Assembly: GCF_000013905.1 (NCBI RefSeq)
Contig: NC_007969.1
Location: 1,560,001-1,592,000 of the forward strand
Length of the DNA stretch: 32,000 nucleotides
Direction: 5' to 3'
Source of the DNA: Psychrobacter cryohalolentis K5
GTDB lineage: Bacteria > Pseudomonadota > Gammaproteobacteria > Pseudomonadales > Moraxellaceae
Under the pieces are notes generated by a model that did no database searches, was not told the origin of the DNA, and was given only the letters and a program-made list of their open reading frames with translations. This document shows, piece after piece, positions 25,586 to 32,000 of the stretch (position 1 is the stretch's first letter; each line of letters starts with the position of its first letter). The translations under genes and the position numbers were made by a program.

Positions 25586-26992
25586 TCAGTTATTAACCAA
25601 ACCGATTTTTCGAGCAGATAGGGCGGTTTGCCATTGCTGATAACGAACATGTTGTTTTTCTAAATTCGAGTCTGAACCAGCATTTAACACATCATTGCCC
25701 GTATTATGGTGCTCTGTCAGACTCAGGCTATTGTCCTCTAACAGTTGTACAATCAGTCCATGTTTGGCGTGATTGGCGATCTGATCAAGTTTACGCAATG
25801 TACCACGGTCAGGCAGCGCTTTAAAATGAATACCAAGCAATACCTGTACCGGATTTGCATCTAGGTAAGCCTTTAGCCGTGCCATATCTTCACGGTCATC
25901 AAGAATACCAAAATTCTCAATATCAGTCGTATCAGTAATGCCTGTAACGAAACCCGACTGCCACCATTGGTTTTGCTCCGCTGGATACTCTAATAGCGCA
26001 ACCAGTTTTTTGCCCGCACTGACTTGGGCTTTTGGGGCGATAGGCGCGGGGGCTTCTTTAAAGTCATCAGCATCCACCACATGACGCTGCCAAAAATTCA
26101 AAATCTTTTGATAATAAGGCAGCTTAATATCCAAACGCATCTTTTTACGACGGAACATCAAGGCACAAAATGCCCAAGCAATCGCGCGTGGGACAATCCC
26201 GTACATCAGTAAACTACCAACCAACAAGCCTGCCCATTGCCGTGCGACAGACAAAGGCATAGCATCAGTCACTAATCGGCTCTGTACGATAGCCGTACTG
26301 TCCGGAACATCGAATCCAACCATACTTGGTAACCATCCAAGTACTTGCGTCAAAGTAATTAGCGCCTGATCTGACAGCAGCGTTGACTCCCAGCTAAAGC
26401 TGTATTGACGCACAATCAACAGAAAAATAATCGCAAGCAGCATACCGGTCAGTGTGGCAAGCCATAACTGATGACTAAATCTGCCTAAATACCAACGCAT
26501 ACCGCTGTGTTGCAGCTGCCGCTCATATAAATTCACCGCTGCCTGAGTTACATCATCTTTACCACGTATCAAATAACTGGGACTGACAAAGCTGGCAAAC
26601 CAATTTGAAGACTGCTTGCCTTGATTGATAAGCGTCATGACTAGCCAGCCCAGAAGCATAAGACTATGAAAACCCAATAAGCATACCAAGACGTAAAAGA
26701 AGTTCACCACATTGGTCTGCAATAAGGTAAATAATCCCAAAAATCCTGAGAGACACCAAATCACGCTCATGACAACCATGATGCCTTTGATGCGACCATC
26801 AATCTTACCAAGCACGCCTGCCAGCGCGCCATTGCTGTCTATTCGTGACGCTCGTCGATGCAGTTTTTGCAGTGGCGAACCTTCTTCATTTTGCAGCTTT
26901 TCAGTAATGAGTAGCGGGTCAGTAGCAAAGACGTGCTGCTGCGTCTCAAGAGTACGTACCAGCTCAGTCAATTGGTCTTGGGGCGATAGCAT
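25586..26992 (-). CDS. Polytopic membrane protein (DUF2868-like), upstream partner of the GTPase
   Basis: The 468-aa ORF has several predicted TM helices (IMVVMSVIWCLSGFLGLFTLL, FFYVLVCLLGFHSLMLLGWLVMTL, LWLATLTGMLLAIIFLLIV, WAGLLVGSLLMYGIVPRAIAWAFCALMF). A soluble C-terminal half follows. It is on the same strand as the GTPase gene, 113 bp upstream. The family name is from memory. Confidence 0.75.
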   Translation of the reverse strand: MLSPQDQLTELVRTLETQQHVFATDPLLITEKLQNEEGSPLQKLHRRASRIDSNGALAGVLGKIDGRIKGIMVVMSVIWCLSGFLGLFTLLQTNVVNFFYVLVCLLGFHSLMLLGWLVMTLINQGKQSSNWFASFVSPSYLIRGKDDVTQAAVNLYERQLQHSGMRWYLGRFSHQLWLATLTGMLLAIIFLLIVRQYSFSWESTLLSDQALITLTQVLGWLPSMVGFDVPDSTAIVQSRLVTDAMPLSVARQWAGLLVGSLLMYGIVPRAIAWAFCALMFRRKKMRLDIKLPYYQKILNFWQRHVVDADDFKEAPAPIAPKAQVSAGKKLVALLEYPAEQNQWWQSGFVTGITDTTDIENFGILDDREDMARLKAYLDANPVQVLLGIHFKALPDRGTLRKLDQIANHAKHGLIVQLLEDNSLSLTEHHNTGNDVLNAGSDSNLEKQHVRYQQWQTALSARKIGLVNN

Positions 26993-27145
26993 GGTCTGAT
27001 GTCCGTATAATCAATGGTGAAATGAGATATTAAAATGTGTGGAAAATTATAATTATAAAAGCGTATTTGTTAATGCAATTATTACTTTATTTCTGAAGGT
27101 TATAGATGTCAATTTTAACAATATTTATGTTGCTAACAAAAAACC

Positions 27146-27159
27146 TGACCATATGGTCA
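27146..27159. promoter_or_regulatory. Perfect 14-bp palindrome TGACCATATGGTCA (candidate operator), followed by inverted repeat ataataac-N5-gttattat (27160-27180)
   Basis: Read directly from the 482-bp intergenic region between the divergent DUF2868-like gene and the NCS2 permease. No binding protein is known to me. Confidence 0.4.
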
Positions 27160-27474
27160 ATAATAACTGGCAGTTATTATAAATAAGCGGTATGCTAAAA
27201 ACACATTAGAATCCTGATTTAAATGTTTTATCAAATATTCATCCCTATTCTAATGTCAAATTCAGATTATACACAGCGCTATCTGCCGCTATAAACAAAA
27301 GTGGCGCTATAGCTGACCAATAATAAAGATTGATGAATAAAAGGGTGATACGCCTTTTTAGCAATGATAGGTAGAGTATTTGGTTTTATAACAATCTTGA
27401 GTCCCACTCTAGGAGTTGTCGAAGAACAAGCCTAGAACATATCAACAACAGAACACGAAGGACGGCTATTTAAT

Positions 27475-28956
27475 ATGGATATTAAATCTACTTCTCAATC
27501 GGCAGTTGCCCGCCCAGAAGATGAAAACTTGGGTATTGGTGCCAATATTGCTTATGGCTTTCAACACGTACTGACCATGTACGGTGGTATTATTGCGGTT
27601 CCATTAATTGTGGGACAGGCAGCTGGATTATTACCCGCTGAAATTGGCTTGTTAATTGCCGCCTCATTATTTATCGGTGGTCTTGCGACTTTATTACAAA
27701 CGATTGGTGTGCCATTCTTTGGCTGTCAGCTGCCACTCGTACAAGGTGTATCATTTGCGAGTGTGGCAACCGTGGTTGCGATTGTGACAACGGGGGGCGG
27801 ACTACCTTCTGTGTTTGGTGCTGTCATTGCCGCCTCTGCTTTGGGTTTTTTGATCACGCCTATTTTCTCCCAAATTATCAAATTCTTCCCGCCATTAGTG
27901 ACTGGCACCGTCATTACTACTATTGGTTTGACCTTGATGCCAGTCGCTGCCCGCTGGGCAATGGGCGGCAACAGCAACTTACCTACCTTTGGCAGTATGA
28001 CCAATATTGGTCTTGCTGGCTTCACGCTAGCGATGGTGTTATTACTAAGCAAGCTTGGTAATGCGGCGATCAGTCGCCTATCGATTCTATTAGCGATGGT
28101 CATTGGTACTTTTGCTGCTTGGGCATTAGGCTTGGTTGATTTCTCTGGTATTACGACAGGCTCTATTTTTGCTTTCCCATCACCGTTCCATTTTGGTATG
28201 CCGACCTTTGAGATTGCGGCAATTATCTCTATGTTTATCGTGGTATTGGTTATTTTGGTTGAAACGTCAGCAGATATTTTGGCGGTTGGTGATATCATTG
28301 AGACAGATATCGATTCAAAACGTTTGGGTAATGGACTACGAGCTGATATGGCAGCCAGTATGATTGCCCCTATATTTGGCTCATTTACTCAAAGTGCTTT
28401 TGCACAAAACGTAGGTCTAGTTGCCGTAACGGGTGTTAAAAGCCGTTTTGTAGTCGCTTATGCCGGTATTATTTTGGTTATTTTGGGCTTGATGCCGATT
28501 ATGGGTCGTGTTATCGCTACCGTTCCTACCGCCGTACTTGGCGGCGCCGGTATCGTATTGTTTGGTACGGTTGCAGCCAGTGGTATTCGTACGCTTGCGC
28601 AAGTCAGCTACACCAATAATATGAATCTAATCATCGTTGCGACCTCCATCGGTTTTGGTATGCTACCGATTGCCGCGCCAGCATTTTATGATCAATTTCC
28701 AGACTGGTTTGCCACGATTTTCCATTCAGGTATCAGCTCTGCTGCCATCATGGCCATTGCCCTAAACTTGTTGTTTAACCACTTAAAAGTAGGTAATTCA
28801 GACCAACAGTCCGTATTTGTTGCTGGTACAGAAGACCGCTCGGTACGTCCTGTAGTGATGATTGATCTATATGAAGGTGATTATTTTACTGAAGGCAAAT
28901 TGTTTGATTGCGACGGTAAAGAGATACCTATATCAAAAGAACCAGCGCATCACTAG
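27475..28956 (+). CDS. Nucleobase:cation symporter-2 (NCS2) family permease (xanthine/uracil/purine permease)
   Basis: The 493-aa polytopic ORF has typical blocks: GFQHVLTMYGGIIAVPLIVG, QGVSFASVATV, and FAQNVGLVAVTGVKSRFVV (the NCS2 signature region). It has a C-terminal soluble tail of about 50 aa. Confidence 0.9.
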   Translation: MDIKSTSQSAVARPEDENLGIGANIAYGFQHVLTMYGGIIAVPLIVGQAAGLLPAEIGLLIAASLFIGGLATLLQTIGVPFFGCQLPLVQGVSFASVATVVAIVTTGGGLPSVFGAVIAASALGFLITPIFSQIIKFFPPLVTGTVITTIGLTLMPVAARWAMGGNSNLPTFGSMTNIGLAGFTLAMVLLLSKLGNAAISRLSILLAMVIGTFAAWALGLVDFSGITTGSIFAFPSPFHFGMPTFEIAAIISMFIVVLVILVETSADILAVGDIIETDIDSKRLGNGLRADMAASMIAPIFGSFTQSAFAQNVGLVAVTGVKSRFVVAYAGIILVILGLMPIMGRVIATVPTAVLGGAGIVLFGTVAASGIRTLAQVSYTNNMNLIIVATSIGFGMLPIAAPAFYDQFPDWFATIFHSGISSAAIMAIALNLLFNHLKVGNSDQQSVFVAGTEDRSVRPVVMIDLYEGDYFTEGKLFDCDGKEIPISKEPAHH

Positions 28957-29005
28957 AAGCTAAAATCAGAGGCTAGAAAAATCTGGACAATTAAAGCAAA
29001 CGTAT

Positions 29006-29036
29006 AAAAAGCTGCCTGTTATGGCAGCTTTTTTTT
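29006..29036 (+). terminator. Rho-independent terminator after the NCS2 permease
   Basis: aaaaagctgcc-tgttat-ggcagctttttttt has a 7-bp GC-rich stem extended by A/T pairs, followed by T8. Confidence 0.8.
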
Positions 29037-29210
29037 GTATAACCTGTTTTATCAAAATAATAAGGCTGCAAAAATTTATCACATGATCAGCGTTCAAGAT
29101 AAGTGACACACTCCCCCTATGGTAAATAGGTTTACATTGAATCAATATAGTAGAAGTAGTTTTAATATTGCGTTATAACCCCTATAAATACTCACAAGGA
29201 TGAACGCCTT

Positions 29211-30002
29211 ATGAATACTAAAAATTATTTTATCATTGGTGGTACAGGCGGTATCGGTAAAGCCATGGTTGAACAATTGGTCCACACTGCCGCCAATGAA
29301 CACGCCAGCACCCTTACGAATAATGATATGCACACCAATACTGACATCCGTGTCTTTGCCACATACCATAAAAGCGTGCCTGATTTTGAAGCAGAAAATC
29401 TGTATTGGATAGCGATGGATATCTGTGACGAGCAAAGTATCAAACAAGCAGCTGATGCGATTAAGCAGCAAACCACACATATAGATTGGGTGATTAATTG
29501 TGCTGGACTACTGCATACCAAGACGCGTCAGCCAGAAAAATCACTACAACAGATTGAAAGTGAGTTTTTTTTACAGAATATGCAGGTTAATGCTTTGGCA
29601 AGCTTGCTCATTGCCAAGCACATCAAGCCGCTATTGGCGAAAGCTGAACGAAGCGCAGACAAACCGGCGATTTTTGCGACGATATCGGCAAGGGTAGGTA
29701 GTATCAGTGACAATCAACTTGGCGGTTGGTACAGCTACCGCATGAGTAAGGCGGCGCTTAATATGGGTATGAAAAACCTGAGTATTGAATGGAGTCGATC
29801 GCTTAAAAACGTCTGCGTGGTAGTGATGCAGCCCGGCACTGTCAACACCCAGCTATCAGCTCCGTTTCAGGGCAACGTAGCTGACGGGCAGTTATTTTCG
29901 CCAGCCTATAGTGCTGAATGCTTGCTTGAGGTACTCAGTAAGATGGGTGCTGCCCAATCAGGGAGTTTTGTGGATTGGGCAGGGGAATCTATACCGTGGT
30001 AA
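29211..30002 (+). CDS. SDR-family oxidoreductase (C-factor/CsgA-like short-chain dehydrogenase)
   Basis: It has the cofactor motif IIGGTGGIGKAM, the catalytic YSYRMSKAALN (YxxxK) and PGTVNT. Confidence 0.88.
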   Translation: MNTKNYFIIGGTGGIGKAMVEQLVHTAANEHASTLTNNDMHTNTDIRVFATYHKSVPDFEAENLYWIAMDICDEQSIKQAADAIKQQTTHIDWVINCAGLLHTKTRQPEKSLQQIESEFFLQNMQVNALASLLIAKHIKPLLAKAERSADKPAIFATISARVGSISDNQLGGWYSYRMSKAALNMGMKNLSIEWSRSLKNVCVVVMQPGTVNTQLSAPFQGNVADGQLFSPAYSAECLLEVLSKMGAAQSGSFVDWAGESIPW

Positions 30003-30049
30003 GTTTTAGAATGAGTCTTACTTCATTAGAAATTGACGAGTTAAGGCGA

Positions 30050-31552
30050 TCAATAGGCGACAAATAAATCCATAAATTCGTTTACTGGTGTTTGCTCTAA
30101 CCGCTGTTGGTCGCTACACAATGCAAAAATCTCTGTACAGCGACTGTCGATAAACCGCGTGGCAAGACTGGCACGGAACTTTGCCTCCAATATCGGCAAA
30201 CCCTCAGTACGGCGGCGTTTATGACCGATAGGGTATTCAATCGCTACCTTATCGGTACTACTGCCATCTTTAAAGAATACCTGTATCGCATTGGCAATCG
30301 AGCGCTTGCTTGGATCATGATAGTCTTTTGAATAACCGGCATCTTCTTCAACGACCATCTTATGACGCAGACCATCAATCAAAATATGATGCTCGGCATG
30401 ATAATCATCTTCATAGTTTTCAGCCATCAAATCACCGGTGAGTAAAGCCACTGCGACCATATATTGCAAACAATGATCGCGATCTGCAGGATTGGCCAGC
30501 GTCCCTTCCTTTGAGATGATCCGAATAGCAGACTCATGAGTCGTTAGGATGATTTTTTCAATGTCTTCCATGCGGTCATCAATACGTGGATGCAAGATAA
30601 CGGCCGCCTCACAAGCCGTTTGCGCATGGAACTCGGCAGGGAAGCTTATCTTAAATAAGATATTCTCCATCACATAGCTGCCAAACTCGCGCTGGAAGGT
30701 AAAGCACCGCTCGTTTTCAGGCTTAAGCGCCAAATCCTTATTAGTATGGCTAAACAGCACATCATAAAAGCCCCATTGCGGCGCTGTCAATGCAGATGGA
30801 ATGCCCATCTCGCCGCGGCGCGTGATATCGACCAAACGTACGGCTCGACTGGTCGCATCCCCTGCAGCCCATGATTTGCGACTACCAGCATTGGGTGCAT
30901 GACGATAGGTACGTAGCGCTTGACCATCGACGATAGCTTGAGAGATGGCAGCCATGATACGCTCATGTGGCAGTTTATAAAGTTTGGCAACGACAGCGGT
31001 CGATGCCAACTTCACTAAAAATACATGATCAAGACCCACACGATTAAAGGAGTTGTCTAATGCCAACACCCCTTGAATCTCATGTGCCATAATCATAGCT
31101 TCTAGTACGTCTTTCATAATAAGAGGTGCATGCCCCTGACTGACGTTTTGCTGGCTGATATAATCCGCCACTGCCAAAATCGCCCCTAAATTGTCAGAGG
31201 GGTGACCCCATTCGGCAGCGAGCCATGTATCATTGTAATCAAGCCAGCGCACGATACAGCCAATGTCAAAGGCAGCTTTAATAGGGTCTAGTCGATAGGA
31301 GGTGCCGGGGACACGCGCGCCATTAGGAGTAATTTGATCGGCGCAATCAGGACCTAAATGCTTGGTACATTCAGGGAAACGTAATGCCAGTAGTCCGCAG
31401 CCAAGCGTATCCATCAGGCAGTAGCGAGCAGTATTCCAAGCATCAGCGCTATTGGGTGAGTCGTTATCTATAGAGTAATTGAGTACATAATCGGCGATTT
31501 TTTCAATCTCGCTATCATACTCCGGTCGTACATTGCTTTCCACAGTAGACAT
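30050..31552 (-). CDS. prpD: 2-methylcitrate dehydratase PrpD
   Basis: The ORF is near-collinear with E. coli PrpD as I recall it. Matching blocks are NDTWLAAEWGHPSDNLG, HEIQG..ALDNSFNRVGLDHV, LRTYRHAPNAGSRKSWAAGDATSRAVRL, MENILFKISFPAEFHAQTA, NPADRDHCLQYMVAV and EYPIGHKRRR. A good Shine-Dalgarno sequence (GGAAGAGG) precedes the start. Confidence 0.93.
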   Translation of the reverse strand: MSTVESNVRPEYDSEIEKIADYVLNYSIDNDSPNSADAWNTARYCLMDTLGCGLLALRFPECTKHLGPDCADQITPNGARVPGTSYRLDPIKAAFDIGCIVRWLDYNDTWLAAEWGHPSDNLGAILAVADYISQQNVSQGHAPLIMKDVLEAMIMAHEIQGVLALDNSFNRVGLDHVFLVKLASTAVVAKLYKLPHERIMAAISQAIVDGQALRTYRHAPNAGSRKSWAAGDATSRAVRLVDITRRGEMGIPSALTAPQWGFYDVLFSHTNKDLALKPENERCFTFQREFGSYVMENILFKISFPAEFHAQTACEAAVILHPRIDDRMEDIEKIILTTHESAIRIISKEGTLANPADRDHCLQYMVAVALLTGDLMAENYEDDYHAEHHILIDGLRHKMVVEEDAGYSKDYHDPSKRSIANAIQVFFKDGSSTDKVAIEYPIGHKRRRTEGLPILEAKFRASLATRFIDSRCTEIFALCSDQQRLEQTPVNEFMDLFVAY

Positions 31553-31693
31553 AATCGTTACCTCTTCCTTGAGTCAGATATATAAGTGACTTATCAATCC
31601 TATTACGAATCAATAAACCTGCTATCAAAAATAGCATACTCACAATCTAACCACAGTGAAGTAGTGTAAGACCTGCCTTGATTGGAAAAATCT

Positions 31694-32000
31694 TTAGACC
31701 ATCAAATACAGTAAACCAATAATAAATAACACTGCTAATATCAATAGCAAAAAGCTAAGAATACTGCTTGTCGTACCTGAGCTTTCTCTTTTTACTTTGA
31801 CCTTTTTAATAATAGGTAGCACCATGATGACATGCTCAATACCGTCTTCAAGATAATGCTCGCCTTCAGGGATAAACCCAAGAGATTGGTAAAAGTTTAA
31901 TAGATAAGTCTGGGCTGAGATGATGATAGGTTTTTTACCGTATTTTTTACGGCAATATTTGATAGCTTCTAGCATCATTTGACGGGCGACACCATCACCG
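31694..32000 (-). CDS. ElaA-like GNAT N-acetyltransferase, 3' portion (the frame stays open to the window edge) with a C-terminal hydrophobic tail
   Basis: GDGVARQMMLEAIKYC...IIISAQTYLLNFYQSLGFIPEGEHYLEDGIEHVIM parallels E. coli ElaA (GAQAHLQNFYQSFGFIPVTEVYEEDGIPHIGM). The reading frame continues upstream of the tracked ATG to position 32000. Confidence 0.8.
   Translation of the reverse strand, partial: GDGVARQMMLEAIKYCRKKYGKKPIIISAQTYLLNFYQSLGFIPEGEHYLEDGIEHVIMVLPIIKKVKVKRESSGTTSSILSFLLLILAVLFIIGLLYLMV

Noticed and set aside
27000-27474. A purine/guanine riboswitch upstream of the NCS2 permease.
   Set aside because: I could not find the conserved three-way-junction core or loop-loop sequences of the purine riboswitch by eye. 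An Infernal/Rfam scan is needed for a definitive answer.

Overview
The window looks like ordinary chromosomal DNA from a moderately AT-rich gammaproteobacterium. The gene content and the very long RecBCD proteins suggest Moraxellaceae or a Psychrobacter-like organism, but that is inference, not proof. In order, the window contains: the distal part of an iron-siderophore ABC importer (two FecCD permeases and an ATPase); a COG2509-type FAD oxidoreductase whose 3' UTR carries a (GCCTAAA)x8 heptanucleotide array; a short, apparently decaying fdxA-like ferredoxin ORF; tRNA-Arg(CCU); two unknown minus-strand genes; a recC-recB-recD operon in which all three proteins are much longer than the E. coli ones; hpt; a hypothetical gene; a CstA-family transporter followed by a 97-aa protein ending in Cys-Cys-stop and a single-domain ArsA/GET3-like ATPase; a DUF2868-like membrane protein with a GTPase/DUF3482-like partner; an NCS2 nucleobase permease behind a 480-bp AT-rich leader; an SDR; prpD; and the 3' part of an ElaA-like GNAT. 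I see no transposase, integrase, CRISPR array, rRNA or recognisable phage-defence gene. Four observations stand out. (1) An exact 12-mer, AATAGCCTAAGC, recurs in recC, recB and recD on the coding strand and nowhere else in the window. (2) The CstA / CC-terminal small protein / ArsA-like ATPase module has no known function. (3) The DUF2868 plus GTPase/DUF3482 membrane pair is uncharacterised. (4) A periodic ACCGT array and a decayed ferredoxin ORF lie 3' of the tRNA. All family assignments come from motif recognition by eye and from memory of homologues. No searches were run.
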